From Mobula hypostoma (lineage: Eukaryota), in assembly GCF_963921235.1 (NCBI RefSeq), contig NC_086101.1:7814001-7878000 (forward strand): DNA of 64,000 nucleotides. Reading direction: 5' to 3'. Below the pieces are notes generated by a model. It ran no database searches. It was not told where the DNA came from and worked only from the letters and a program-made list of their open reading frames with translations. Shown here one piece after another: positions 26,331-40,999 of this stretch (position 1 is the first letter of the stretch; each line of letters starts with the position of its first letter). Both the position numbers and the translations under genes were made by a program.

Positions 26331-27399
26331 GACCCAGTACACACTCAGGAAATGCAGGAAAAACACAGCAGGTTGGTCAGGATCTGTGGAGAGAGGAACA
26401 GGCTTCACGTTCCACGTCGGTGACCTCTCCTGGAATTGATTCAAACACTGCCTGCTCTGTTGTGGGTTTCAAGCAATTTCTGTTTTGTTTTAGTTCTTCC
26501 AGCATCTGATTCCAGAAGAAATGGGAGTGCAGTGTAATTTCCTCCGGAAGGGGGATGAAGAAGAAGGAATGTGCTCGGAGAGGGGAGTGGACCATTAGAG
26601 AAATCGATGCTCAGGTTGGCACTACCCGGAGATGTACGGTGAAGGGTAGAGAGACATGGACATGATATTTTGGAGCCGGAAGTGTGGCAACACATGCAGG
26701 CTGATCCCAGCACAATCCTCGGGCAGACTGCGTTGGTCATTGACGCAATGGAGAAATGTAAATGGTGAAGCCCCTGTGTGTATTTGTGTGTGGTGGAGAC
26801 AGAGAGAGAGTCTGAGACTTGCTCCAGGCTCCCCAGGTAGATGCAGGGATGATGTTTCTGGTAACAGGGGTGTCAGGATGAGGAGGCACAGTGAGGGGAC
26901 GACCATTCAGAGGTGAATAAATTTATTTACCCAGCTCATAATCTAACAGGGCTCTGCACATTTACACAGCAACTATGTTGAAGAGAGACGTGGATTGAGT
27001 TTTGGATACAAGGTGAATCAGTAGAAATAGCATTAGCACAGGGAAGTGGTATTAATCATGTCTAATGGGAGAGCAGATGTGAGGGGCTGAATGGTCTTCG
27101 TGCTTCTGTTTCTGATGTTCTTCAGAGCAGTGTACAGACTGACCAGAGGGAGGATAGAAGGGTCTGGGGAATAAATAGAGGTGTAAAGCAGGAAGATGAA
27201 AGGTGATTAAATATCAATTATTTAAATCATCAGGCGAATGTCTTTGACACTGAAATGGGGGATCTTGATGCAGCAGAAGATTGTGAGGTGTCAGATACAC
27301 TGGGATTACTCAAACACAGATGCAGGAAAACTTCCTGACTTCACCCCTGTACAGCCCTGCTCTGATGTGAGGTCCCACTCTTCCTCATTAGACTGATGG

Positions 27400-28110
27400 A
27401 GGTAGACAGCACGCACACCGGCCCTTCAGCGTAACATGTCCCCGACAACCAAGGTGGCTTTCTCAGCACCTCCCATTTGACGGCATTTGGCCAGACTTCC
27501 TCTGAACATTTTCAATCAAGAACTTGTCTAAATGTCTTAAAAGTGTTTCAGTTCTATCGGCCTTTACCATTTCCTCTGGCAGCTCATCCCACTTACCGAC
27601 CACCAACTGTGTGGAAAATTTGCCAATCGGGTCCACTGGTGATCTTTACCCTCTGAGCTTGAATCTATATCCTCTAGTTTTAGACTCCCCTCCCCTGGGG
27701 AAAGACTGTGTCCATCGACCTCATCACTGTCCTGCAGGATTTCATAAAGCACAATAATGTCAACCCTCAGTCTCCTTTGCTTCAGGGAAAACAGTCCAGG
27801 TCGATCCAGATTCTCCTGAAGCCCTTTAGCCCCAGTAACATTCCTGTGAATCTTGTCTGCACACATTCCAGCTGAATGTCATCCTTTCTACAGCTCGGTG
27901 ACCAGAACTGCACCCAGTACTCTGAGTGTGGTCTCACCAATGTCTTGTACAGCTGTAACATGACAAACCATCTCATGTACTTAATGCCCGATCGAAGAAG
28001 GCCAGCGTACCATACACCTTCTTCACTACACTGTCTACCTGTGTCTCTACTCTCAGGAACTATGTACTTGTTCCCCTGGGTATTTGTATTCTACAACACT
28101 CCATACCCTC
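27400..28110 (-). mobile_element. Old CR1 3' fragment
   Basis: LYKTLVRPHSEYWVQFWSP remnants. Confidence 0.8.
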
Positions 28111-30079
28111 CATCCCCTGCCTGTTCATTTCCTGTTTAAATGTCTGTTTAACATCACGATCGTATCTGCTTCCACCACTCCCCATCCCGGCTGCACATTG
28201 CAGGAAGATACCACTCATTGTGTCCAAAAACATTGCTTGAACATCCCGGTTCAACTTTGATGATCTTACTTTAAAGCTTTACCCTTCACGTCGTGTCCTC
28301 AGGGAGATTAGACTGACTGAGACTGTCTCATAATTCGAGGAGGTGGTCTCACTGGGTATTGACAGGGTAGAGGCAGGAATGATGTTTCCCCTGTATGGGC
28401 TGTGGAACCAGGGGTCACAGACTCACAATCAGAGGTCGCCTCAGCAGGACTGAGATGAGGAAAAATTCCTCACCAAGTGTGCAGTGAATATTTGGAATTC
28501 TCTACAAAAGATTTCTGAATTTAAGGGGAAGAGTGATGATGCAATGCTGCAGGAAATTGGCACTGAGGTCAATGATCAGCCATGTTCTGAGTGAAAGGTA
28601 GAGCAGGAGCAAGGGGCCGAATGGCCACTCCCGCTCCTGTTTGTTACGTTCTTGAATCACAAATCGCTCTTTGTGTCTTTTAATTTTTTTTGTGTGTAGA
28701 GCATCCTCTGTACCCCGTGTTGACTGTATTCACTCCACTGTCTCCAATGCGTGTAACAGTCTGCAGAGTTTGTTGTATTCTTTGTTTTTGTATCCAGTGA
28801 GAAACACGTCTGTGTAAGCGCCCGGGACACTTCACTGCATTTACACAGCGACTGTATCTAAATACCAGTTGTTGTTGTTGACAGCTTTGTCCACAACTGC
28901 TGAACATAGAACATTGAACAATACAGCACAGGAACAGGCCATTCGGCCCACAAGTCTGTGCTGAACATTGTGCCAAATTAATCTCATCCCATCTGCTTGT
29001 ACACGGTCCACAACCCTCCATTCCCTGTCTGTTCATGTGTCTGTCTAAATGTTGTTGTTGTATCTGCTTCCACCTCCTCCCCTGGCAGCACGTTGCGGGC
29101 AGCGACCATTCTCTGTGTAAAACAAACTCACCTCATCAATCTCCTTTAAACCTTCCCCTCTCACCTCATATTTACTCCCTGTTGTATTTGACATTCCCAC
29201 ACTGAGGATAAAGAGACTCCGACTGTCTATCATGTCAGTGTCAGTTGGTGACTGTTTCCGCGACAGCTGCTGAAGCACCGTGTTCCCAGACTTCTGTACC
29301 TTGTGATCCCCTCAGTCTGTGAGCCCCCTCCCTGGTAAGGAGAGGGGGTGCGGACTGGACAAAGACTGCTGGGTGAACTCAGCGTATCAACCAACGTCTG
29401 CAGAGGCAAAGGGATGGCGGAGATTCACGGTGCAGGATTGCCACCTGCTGACCGACACCGGTACTGCTGGGAGAACTGAGAGTCGGTTAAATTTATCATC
29501 AAAGTACAGATATTGTATGTCACCATGTAGTGTCTTGAGATTCATTTTCTTTCAGGAAAAAGATATACAATAGAATTTATGAAAAAAAAACTATTCTTAA
29601 ACCAATGTTTAAATGAAGACAAATCGTGCAAATAATAACAACAATAAAAATATAAATAACACAGAGAACATGAGATGCTGAGACTTTGAAAACGAGTCTT
29701 TAGATTGCGCAGTCAGTTCAGTGTTGTCCACGCTGGTTCACGAACCTGAATGTTGCAGTATAATAACTACCTGAAATATGTCTTATGGATAGGTGGGTTA
29801 ATTGTAAACCGTGTAGTGTTCCATGTGTGTGTCTGTAGTAGAATCTGGAGAGTGTTAATGAGTTCACAGGGAGAATCTTTTCAAAATACGATCTATGTAT
29901 TTATGTCGAATTAATGGAAATAGACAGCCGAGGACTCCTTGATATACTACTGGCTGTCACCAGGAATTCGAGAGTTAATATATATCTGCTGTCAGATCAT
30001 CAATGCAGTTTCGTATGCTCAATAATTGCTGGTTTTCCAATGTAAGGAGATGTCCTTCAGTGAATGCTGATGACTGGCA

Positions 30080-32845
30080 CATAAGCACATAAGAAATAGG
30101 AGTAGGAGTCGGCCATCCGGCCCATCGAACCTACCCCACCATTGAATAAGATCATGGCTGATCTGTCTGTAAACTCAGCTCCATCTACCTGCCTTTTCCC
30201 CATAACCCTTAATTCCCCTACTATGTAAAAACCTATCTAACTGTATCTTAAATATATTTAGTGAAGAAGCGTCAACTGCTTCCCTGGGCAAAGAATTTCC
30301 ACAGATTCACCACTCTCTGGGAAAAAACAGTTCCTCCTCATCTCCGTCCTAAATCTTCTCCCCTGAATCGTGAGGTAATGTCCCCTCGTTCTAGTCTCAC
30401 CTACTAATGGAAACAAATTTCTTACTTCTATCTTATCTATTCTTTTCAAAATTTTGCTTGTTTCTATAAGATCCCCTCTCATTCTTCTGAATTCCAGAGA
30501 ATATGGTCCCAGGCGACTCAATCTCTCCTCATAGGTTAACCGCTTCATCTCTGGAATCAACCTGGTAAACCTCTTCTACACTGCCACCAAAGTCAGTACA
30601 TCCTTCCTCAAGTATGGAGACCAGAACTGCACACAGTACCCTGTAGAGTTGCAGCATGACCTCCCTGCTCTTGAATTCAATCCCTCGAGCAATGAAGGCC
30701 AATATTTTGTTTGCCTTCTTAATAACCTGTTGTACTTGCAAGCCAACTTCTAGCGATTCATGCACAAGCACTCCCAAGTCCCTCTGCACAACAGCATGAT
30801 GCAATCTTTCACCATTTCAATAATAATCTGCTCTTCTATTATTCCTTCCAAAGTGACAATAGACAATAGATAATAGGTGCAGGAGTAGGCCATTCGGCCC
30901 TTTGAGCCAGCACCGCCATTCACTGTGATCATGGCTGATCATCCACTATCAGTATCTGGTTCCTGCCTTATCCCTATAACCTTTGATTCCGCTACCTTTA
31001 AGGGTTCTGTCCATCTCTTTTTTTGAAAGCATCCAGAAACTTGGCCTCCACAGCCTTCTTGGGCAGAGCATTCCATATATCCACCATTCTCTGGGTGAAA
31101 AAGTTTTTCCTCAACTCCGTTCTAAATGGCCTACTCCTAATTCTTAAACTGTGGCCTCTGGTTCTGGACTCACCCATCAGCGGGAACATGCTTCCTGCCT
31201 GCAGCGTGTCCAATCTCTTAATAATCTTATATGTTTCAATAAGATCCCCTCTCAGTCTTCCAAATTCCAGAGTATACAAGCCCAGTCGCTCCAAACTTTC
31301 GACATATGACAGTCCCGCCATCCCGGGAATTAACCTTGTGATCCTACGCTGCACTCCCTCAACAGCAAGAAGGTCCTTCCTCAAATTTGGAGACTTAAAC
31401 TGCACACAGTACTCCAGGTGTGGTCTCACCAGGGCCCTGTACAGCTGCAGAAGGACCTCTTTGCTCTTATACTCAATTCCCCTTGGTATGAAGGCCAGCA
31501 TGCCATTAGCTTTCTTCACTGCCTGCTGTACTTGCATGCTTGCTTTCAGTGACTGATGTACAAGAACACCTAGATCTCGTTGTGCTTCCCCTTTTCCTAA
31601 CTTGACTCTATTTAGATAATAATCTGCCTTCCTGTTCTTACCAACAAAGTGGATAACCTCACATTTGTCCACATTAAACTGCATCTGCTATGCATCCGCT
31701 CACTCACCCAGCCTGTCCAAGTCACCCTGCATTCTCATAACATCCTCCTCACATTTCACACTGCCACCCAGCTTTGTGTCATCGGCAAATTTGCTAATGT
31801 TACTTTTAATTCCCTCATCTAAATCATTAATATATATTTTAAACAGCTGCGGTCCCAGCACTGAACCTTGCGGTACCCCATTGGTCACTGCCTGCCATTC
31901 CAAAAGGGACCCGTTAATCGCTCCTCTTTGTTTTCTGTCAGCCTGCCAATTTTCAATCCATGTCAGTACTCTGCCCCAATACCATGTGCCCTAATTTTGC
32001 CCACTAATCTCCTATGTGGGACTTTATCAAAGGCTTTCTGAAAGTCCAGGTACAGTACATCCACTGGCTCTCCCTTGTCCATTTTCATAGTTACATCCTC
32101 AAAAAATTCCAGAAGATTAGTCAAGCACGATTTTCCCTTCGTAAATCCAGGCTGACTCGGACTAATCCCGTTACTACTATCCAGATGTGTCATAATTTCA
32201 TCTTTTATAATTGACTCCAGCATCTTTCCCACCACCGACGTCAGGCTAACCGGTCTATAATTCCCTGTTTTCTCTCTTCCTCCCTTCTTGAAGAGAGGTA
32301 CAACATTAGCCACCCTCCAATCCACAGGAACTGATCCTGAATTTATAGAACATTGGAAAATGATTACCAATGCGTCCACCATTTCTAAAGCCACCTCCTT
32401 AAGTACCCTGGGATACAGACCATCAGGTCCCGGGGACTTATCAGCCCTCAGACCCAACAGCCTATCCAACACCATTCCCTGCCCGATATAAATTTCCTTC
32501 AATTCATCCATTACCCTAGGTCCTTTGGCCACTATTACATCTGGGAGATTGTTTGTGTCTTTCCTAGTGAAGACAGATCCAAAGTACCTGTTCAACTCGT
32601 CTGCCATTTCCTTGTTCCCCATAATAAATTCACCCGCTTCTGTCTTTCAGGGCCCAATTTTGGTCTTAACTATGTTTTTCCTTTTCACATATCCAAAGAA
32701 GGTTTTCGTATCGTCCTTTATATTCTTGGCTAGTTTACCTTCGTACCTCATTTTTTCTCCGCGTATTGCCTTTTTAGTTACCTTCCGTTGCTCTTTAAAA
32801 GTTTCCCAATCCTCCGGCTTCCCACTCGTCTTTGCTATGTTATAC
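30080..32845 (-). mobile_element. Two adjacent CR1 fragments (about 30080-30857 and 30858-32845)
   Basis: RT motifs [36 protein letters not shown]; two separate 3' tails. Confidence 0.9.
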
Positions 32846-33370
32846 TGTCTTTATATTATTTCAGCTGAGTTAAGCACTAACGCCAGCACTAGACAAATTG
32901 CTAATTAAGTGAAGGTACAGGGTGTTAACAACTCAGATATTTTAACCCTTTACTCAAAATCTTCTTCCACAATTGTTGATTTCTTTGCACACCATTGATT
33001 ACAGCTGAATTGTGTGGTAGAATCTTGATGGAGTTGATGAGAATGCAGGAGGACACTTCTGAACAAAATCTGTGGTACTGTATTAATAATGTAGATGGAC
33101 AGTTGAGGACTTCTGATATACTGGCTGTTACCACAGACTCAAGCGTTAACGGCCATCTGCTGTAAGGCATGGCCAGACCGCACTGACAGTAGACTCGGTA
33201 ATACTGAGTCCCTTGTCTAAGAAGGGATGTGTTGGCACTGGAGAGAGTCCAGAGGATGTTCTCGAGAATGATTCCAGGTATGAAAGAGTTAACGCATGAG
33301 TAGTGTTTTTATAGCTCTGGGCCTGTGCTCAATGGAGCTGAGAAGAATGTCGAGGGACCTCATTGAAATC

Positions 33371-35215
33371 TTTCTTTCTTTCTTAATCTTTTTATTGATT
33401 TAAAAACAGCACATATACAAACAAGAGGAGAATTATCTCAAATATATATAACAATAACAATACAAACAGGAAGTGAAATAAACATTATCAAAATCATACA
33501 CAGTATTAAGCTAATATGTAGTATATAATAAAAAAAAGACAGCTAATTCTCCTGTTATAAAGTCGTAAAGAGAAAAAAAAGACTTTAAATTTTTAAATAA
33601 GAAGAACCCTCCCCCCACTACACTATATGAAAAAAAAGAGGGAAAAAAAGGACTGGGCAGTCCATTCTGAGGATATGACCAAAAAGATAGGAAGGACTTT
33701 CTGGCGAAAACTAAAACTTCAAAAAAAAATTGGAAGAGCAATAAATCAAATCTAATGAAAATCTTGAATAAAAGATTGCCAGATTTGCTCAAAGTTAAAG
33801 GATGTATCAAATGTCTGACTTCTCATTTTCTCTAAACTTCAACAAGACATAATGGAGGAGAGCCAATAAAAGACAGTAGGTGGAATAGAATCCTTCCACT
33901 TCAATAAAATGGCTCTTCTAGACAACTGAGTTGAAATACATTGAGCGGAAACAGGAATATTTCCTGCTTCCGATGGGATAACCCCAAAGATTGCCGTAAG
34001 TAAATTAGGTTGTAGGTCCAGATCCAAGACTTTTCATAGCTTTTTAAAAACATCTCTCAGAAAATTATCTAGCTTTATACAAGACCAAAACATACGAGTT
34101 CAAGTAGCCACCTCAATATTATATCTATCACAAATTGGATTGATGTTGGAGAAAATACGTGCAAGTTTATACTTTGACATATGGGCCGGATGCACTACCT
34201 TGAACTGTATCAGAGAATGACGGGCAGAGAATGAATTATTAAGGAAATCAAAAAGATTACTCCATTGATTATCTGAAAATAACTCTTCAAATTCCACTTC
34301 CCAAGCATGTTTAATTTTATCATTCGATATCGTTCGTAAATTCAATAACCATTTATAAATTATAGCTATCAACCCTTTCTGAGTGGTTTAAGCTGAAAGA
34401 CAGCATCGTCATATTAGGTGGATAAGCAGAAGGGTAATCTGGCAGCAAACCACGTAAAAAAAATTCCTAATTTGTAAAGATCTAAAAAACTGTACATTAG
34501 ATAAATCATATTTATCCACCAATCGAGAAATCTACATTAAGTAATCCCCTAAAAACAATTCTGAAAAAGTTGTTATTCCCTTGGTTTTCCAAATTGAAAA
34601 GGCCTTATCCAGAACTGATGGTTTAAAAAAAAAATTGAAATGGGTAGTACTAGAAAGAACAAAATTATTTAATTCAAAAAATCTGTGAAACTGAAACCAA
34701 ATTCTTAATGTATGTTTAATAATGGAATTAAAGTCTTGTCTACTAATCTTAGAAAACAAAAAGGGAAGAGGAGCTCCCAGTAAAGAGGCCAAAGAGAACC
34801 CTTTCGCCAAGTTTTCCTCCATATCCAGCCATGGACATTCATGCATGTCTGAATAATGAATCCAAAAAGTAATACATCAAATATTAATTGCCCAATAATA
34901 CATTTTAAAATTTGGCAAAGCCATACCATCGTCTTGTTTTGATTTCTGCAATAAGGGTTTAACTGAGTCTAGGATTTTTATTATTCCAAATATAAGATAA
35001 GATTATAGAGTCTATTCTGTCAAAAAACGTTGCAGGAACAAAGGAATATATATAAGAATTTTGGTAGAACTATCATTTTAATAGCATTAATTCGACCTAT
35101 TAATGATCATGTCATGGGTGACCATTTAGAAAGCATTTGCTGGGTGTAATCAATTAAAGGGAGAAAATTATATTTATATAGGTCCTTAAAATTAATAATA
35201 GAGCTTTAAAAATCT
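33371..35215 (-). mobile_element. L1/Tx1-clade LINE ORF2 C-terminal fragment
   Basis: IQFKVVH...CDR..(H)xFWSC cysteine-rich region, HTLRIWFQF; AT-rich. Confidence 0.8.
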
Positions 35216-35299
35216 TGTAATCTTTTTCTTTTAGTTTATTTTTATCCACACTTTTCTTTTTCACTTTGCCATACTTCTTTAATCTGTTGAGCCCTCCCC

Positions 35300-35880
35300 A
35301 CCCCACTATTGAGTGCTGGACAAGCTCACGGGCTGAGACTCCTCCAGCACTGTCTCTAGGATCCCACTCCCGCCTGACTCGCAGTAATACCCTCTTGTCC
35401 CCGACCACAGACCGAATTTGAGACAGCTAATCTCCTGCAGCAGAGAATCCAGGTAACTCTTCCTCTCCCTGATGTGCCACCCTGTTGAAGCTCAGATTCC
35501 AGGTCGTCAACTTTGAGCCTGAGTTCCTCGAGCAGCCAACACTTTCTGCAGATGTGACCAGCATCAGGAACCACAGTGGAGTCCTCCGGCTCCCATATCA
35601 TGCAGCTACAGCACATCACCTGACCCTGCATGATTCCGACTTTATTTAATTAGCTGTAATTTAGTGAGTTTTTTTCAACCACTACAAAAGCTTTACCTGC
35701 TACTTACTTGTGCCTCTTCGCCAAAGCCACTTGAGCCAAAGCCAAAGTTCCCACTCCTACACCGGTCCATTTACAGAACAGCCACTCTGCTTTGTCCCTG
35801 CTTTACTTTTATTTGCTCCTGTGCCGCAATTGCGCCGAGCCAGGGAAAAGCTCCTTTTAAAACTCATATCGATCCTTGAT
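35300..35880 (-). mobile_element. CR1 5' end / ORF1 zinc-finger fragment
   Basis: CCSCMIWE...HICRKCWLLEELRLKVDDLESEL. Confidence 0.75.
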
Positions 35881-35911
35881 TAATGTCGCATCAAAGAATC
35901 ACTTGTCTGAG

Positions 35912-36785
35912 ATAGAATATAGAATAGTACAGCACAGTACAGGCCCTTCGGCCCACAATGTTATGCCGACCCTCAAACCCTGCCTCCCATATAAGCCCCC
36001 ACCTTAGATTCCTCCATATACCTGTCTAGTAGTCTCTTAAACTTCACTAGTGTATCTGCCTCCACCACTGACTCAGGCAGTGCATTCCACACACCAACCA
36101 CTCTGAGTAAAAAACCTTCCTCTAATATCCCTCTTGAACTTCCCACCCCTTAGCTCAAAGCCATGTCCTCTTGTATTGAGCAGTGGTGCCCTGGGGAACA
36201 GGCGCTGGCTAACCACTCTATCCATTCCTCTTATTATCTTGTACACCTCTATCATGTCTCCTCTCATCCTCCTTCTCTCCAAAGAGTAAAGCCCTAGCTC
36301 CCTTAATCTCTGATCATAATGCATACTTTCTAAAACAGGCAGCATCCTGGTAAATCTCCTCTGTACCCTTTCCAATGCTTCCACATCCTTCCTATAGTGA
36401 GGTGACCAGAACTGGACACAATACTCCAAGTGTGGCCTAACCAGAGTTTTACAGAGCTGCAACATTACATCGTGACTCTTAAACTCTATCCCTCGACTTA
36501 TGGAAGCTAACACCCCATAAGCTTTCTTAACCACCTTATCTACTTGTGAGGCAACTTTTAGGGATCTGTGGACATGTACCCCCAGATCCCTCTGCTCCTC
36601 CACACTACCAAGTATCCTGCTATTTACTTTGTACTCTGCCTTGGAGTTTGTTCTTCCAAAGTGTACCACCTCACACTTCTCCGGGTTGAACTCCATCTGC
36701 CACTTCTCAGCCCACTTCTGCATCCTATCAATGTCTCTCTGCAATCTTTGACAATCCTCTACACTATCTACAACACCACCAACCA
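35912..36785 (-). mobile_element. 5'-truncated young CR1 (same subfamily as 7449-11472)
   Basis: Near-identical to 7449-8320, including the 3' tail. Confidence 0.93.
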
Positions 36786-37514
36786 GATCAGCTGGAAACA
36801 ACCAGGGACGCTTTAATAAAATAGCCCTTCTGGCTAATGATGTGACAAATGCAATTACATATTGGTCTGATATAGAAACACCGTGAATATATTGGGTTAT
36901 CCGAACAAAACTGTCCATTTATTTTTCCAGAAAACTTATTACAAATCTCGGACTTTGTCAAATTTATAGAGATTCAGATAAAAGATTTTGTCCTTTTTAA
37001 TAATTCGGGAATGTGTCGAAATTGATTATATGGGATACATTTAAAACATATTTGCGAGGTCAGATAATCTCCTATTTGACTGAATGATTGATTCATGCCA
37101 TCTGCAGCAGTCCGCGAAACCGCAATACTTCAGTGAAAATTTAAAGATCTCCCTTTCCGTGTGCTCTACGAATTTTAGTCCACTGGCGCCTCGCGTCGTA
37201 CATGCAGAGGAATCGTTGAAATAAGTCAACTGCACTGTACCTTGAAACACATTTTTCTTGAAACTAGAAGCGCTCTGCATGCTCGTCTGGTCAGAGAGAA
37301 TCTGTGGACTGAAAAAAAGGTCAACATCTCAGGTCAATGACTTTACTGCGCAGAGTTAGGATTTGGCACAAGAGATTATACAGAAATCTGATAATATAGA
37401 GCAACACACACAAAATGCTGGAGGAATTCAGCGGTGGAGGCAGCATCTATGTAAATGAATAAGCAGTCGAAAAGCTTCAACAGCACACCCGAAAAGATGA
37501 CAGTTTATTCATTT

Positions 37515-39485
37515 CTTTTTCAATCTTTTTATTAGTTTCATAATAATAAACATAGCATAGTAATGATACAAAGTTATTGGGAATACATTGTTATAATTGT
37601 CTTTTTAAAACTTATTAATTCTCACAATTATAAACATAATAACAAAGTTGATACAAAAAGATTGGAATAATCATAACAAGCATCTGCAAAAAGGATTTTA
37701 AGTAACATTGGTATAATAGACTTCCAAACTCATAACGAAATTAGTCATAAAGAAAAAAAAAGAAATAAAAAAAAAAATATATATATATAAACAAAGAAAA
37801 ACCCCCAAAAAGAAACAGAACAAATCAGGGCTAGACCAATACCTTGAATCAGACACGTTCAGTAATGTCGTCGACTCCGCACCTCTACTCATATAACTTA
37901 AGTTTTAAAAAAAAGATTCAGAAAGGTCAAATTACATCATATGAAAATGTTGCATAAAAGATTTCCAAGTTTCTTCAAATTTAACCACATTGCTATAATT
38001 GACAGAGTTAAATATATATCCAGTTGACACTTAAATGTTAAAACTCCCAAACATACAGGATACAGATGAACAGTATAAAACGAAGAAAAATATCGAGAAA
38101 AAAAATCATGAAAAAGGAAAAACTAAAACTATAACCCACCCCGCAAAAAACTAACCTAAACAGTGTTAATCAACTAAAAAAAAAGACATGGGCTGTTATG
38201 TAACATCATAAAAAAAGAAAGCATTAGTGTTGACGACTCCGTTACTCTCAACAAATATTACGAAGAAATAGAGTAAGTTTGAGGCGCATGCCATGAGGAG
38301 CACTTTAAAGTAGTGGGAGCTTGTCTCCACTACCTCTCCTCGGCTTGACAACCTTGGAACCGGGATCATAAACAACACTTCTAATTCTTTACAAATTTAA
38401 ACACAGCATAGTTTGAGAGAACCAACGAAATGTGGTAGGAGAATTAATCTCTTTACAAATCAGCAAAATGGATCTTCTAGCCATTAATGTAAAAAATGCA
38501 ATCATCCGACGAGCTGAAGAAGTTAAATGACTTGATTCTGTCATTGGTAACCCAAAAATGGCAGTAATTGGTTGAAGTTGTATGTCAATATTCAAAACAG
38601 TTGAGATAATATCAAAAATATCCTTCCAATATTTTTTCAACAAAAGACATGACCAAAACATACGAGTTAAAGAAGCTATCTCAGAGTGACATCTATCACA
38701 TATAGGATTTATATGAGAGTAATAACGAGATAATTTATCTTTAGACATACGAGCCCTGTGCACTACTTTAAACTGTATCAGTGCATGTTTAGCATATATA
38801 GGGGATGAATTAAGTAAATGAAGATTTTTTTCCCCATTTTTCAATCGGTACAATGATCTTAAGTTCTCTTTCCCAATCAGTCTTAATTTTATTAGATACA
38901 TCAGGACATATATTCATAATTGTATTATAAATAATTGCTATAACACCTTTCTGAAAAGGATTTAAATCTAATTTTTTTCCAAAATATCGATTGAATAAAA
39001 ATTCAGAAAGTTAGAAGAAACAGTATTTTAAAAATTTCTAACCTGTAAATATCTAAAAAGAGTGAGATCTAGGCAGATTATATTTATTAGATAATTGTTC
39101 AAAGAACATAAAACAATTATCCGAAAATAAATCACAAAATCGTACTATACCTTTGATTTTCCAATCCAAATATGCATGTTCCATAGTGGAGGGTGAAAAA
39201 GAAAATAGATGTAATAGGGCTTGCTAAAATAAATTGGTTCAACCCAAAAAATTTTCGAAATTGAAACCAAATGCGTAAAGCATGTTTAACTATTGGGTTA
39301 TCAATTTGTTTATACAATTTAGAAAGAGTAAAGGGAAGCGAAGTCCCAAAAATAGAACCCGGTGAAAACCCTTGTAAAGAATTACATTCAAGATTTACCC
39401 AATGTGGACTTGAAATTACATCCAAGTCCCATAACCAAAATTTTAAATATCGAATGTTAATTGCCCAATAGTAAAATCGATGATT
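37515..39485 (-). mobile_element. L1/Tx1-clade LINE fragments
   Basis: FYYWAINIR, HALRIWFQFRK, IQFKVVHRA, CDRCHSE...MFWSC. Confidence 0.82.
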
Positions 39486-40050
39486 CGGGAGAGCTGACGG
39501 TTTATTCATTTCTATAGCGAGTTCTGCGTTTCGGGAGAACGTAGGGTGTGGCGGAGTGAAGGTGAGGAAGCTCCGTGACTGGTGGAGCCCTGTGGCAGCG
39601 ACTGACTGACACAAGTAGCAGTGGAACTGACTAGGGGAGGCATGTGATGCAGCAGTCAGCGTAACGCCATGAGAGCACCAGCGAACTGGATTCAACCCTC
39701 GCCGCTCTCGGAAAGGAGTTCTCTGCCACAGCTGCCTGTGGCAAAGAATTCCACAGATTCATCACTCTGTGGCTAAACAAATTCCTCCTCATCTCCGTTT
39801 TAAAAGGACACGCAAGGCTGTGCCCTCTGGTCTTAGATGCTCCCACCATAGGAAACATTCTCTGCACATCCACTCTATCAAGCCCTTTACACCTTTGATA
39901 GTGTTCAATGAGGTCACCCCTCATTCTTCTGAATTTGAGTGAAAACAGGCCCAGAGCCAAACGCTCTTCCTATGACAAGACAGTCAATTCTGGAATCATT
40001 TTCGTGAAACTCCTTTGAACCCTCATCAGTTTCAGCACACCCTTTCTAAG

Positions 40051-40802
40051 TGTGACAGTGTCCTGAATTACCCCTATGAACTGTGGAGAGACAGAGACAG
40101 AGACATATATATGAAGAATGCTCACAGTTTGTTTACATTTCTACAAGGACGCTGCCTGCTTTCACATTCTTACACAGAGAGAGAAGGGAGGAGCTGATTT
40201 GAGAGACAGTTGGTACTCAGCACGGGAAGATAAATAGAAGGTCAGATGATAGACCTGAGACACATGGTTTTGGACACTGAATGAGCTTTGCTATGCCCAC
40301 AGAAAAAGTGGGTTTTTGGAGGATCCATCAGGCAGATCGATCAGTGGCTCTTGCAGTGTGGAAAGGGTGTGACTGGTGGGGAGTCATTTATGTGTCCAAC
40401 CCTCGCCAGGGTTGATAATTCCACCACAGAAGAATGGTCCCCTTTGTTGAGGTCACAGTTGGGGCCTTTTAAAGGATTTTAGAGGACAACGGGAAGATTG
40501 ACGGCGTCAGCTCATCTGAAGACTCAAATCCTTCTCTCTCTCTCTCCATCACTACTCAACTCAATACCACGAACTGAACTTTACTCATCATTGTAAGACT
40601 ATTTACCCCTAGATTTGAAGAAGCTTGGTTTTTATATATATTCCACACTTACTTATTTAAAATCATTACTAACCTGTTTGATTTATCTGCATATTACTGT
40701 ATTGTGTAATTACTAATAAATACTATTAGTTAATAGCAATACTGGACTCCAAAGTGTTTTCTATTTCTGCTGGTTCATTAACCCGTCATGGGGTACGTGA
40801 CA
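40051..40802 (+). mobile_element. Solo LTR (752 bp) inserted in a CR1 fragment
   Basis: TG...CA termini; 5-bp TSD CTAAG at 40046-40050 and 40803-40807; AATAAA at 40715. Confidence 0.88.
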
Positions 40803-40999
40803 CTAAGATAGTGAGCCCAAAGCTACTCACTATACTCCAAGTGGCGCCTCACCTGTGCTTTATGAATTCTCAACATTACATCCTTGCTTTGATATTCCAG
40901 CACTCTTAAAATGAATGCTAACATCACATTTGCCTTCCACAACAGTCTTATACTGCAAACTAATCTTCTGGGAATCGTGCACAAGGACTCCCAGAATGG

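Noticed and set aside
32950..33060. Possible 105-nt - strand exon in unique-looking DNA (similar candidates at 12100-12330 and 55670-55930)
   Set aside because: No recognisable protein similarity; splice sites alone are insufficient.
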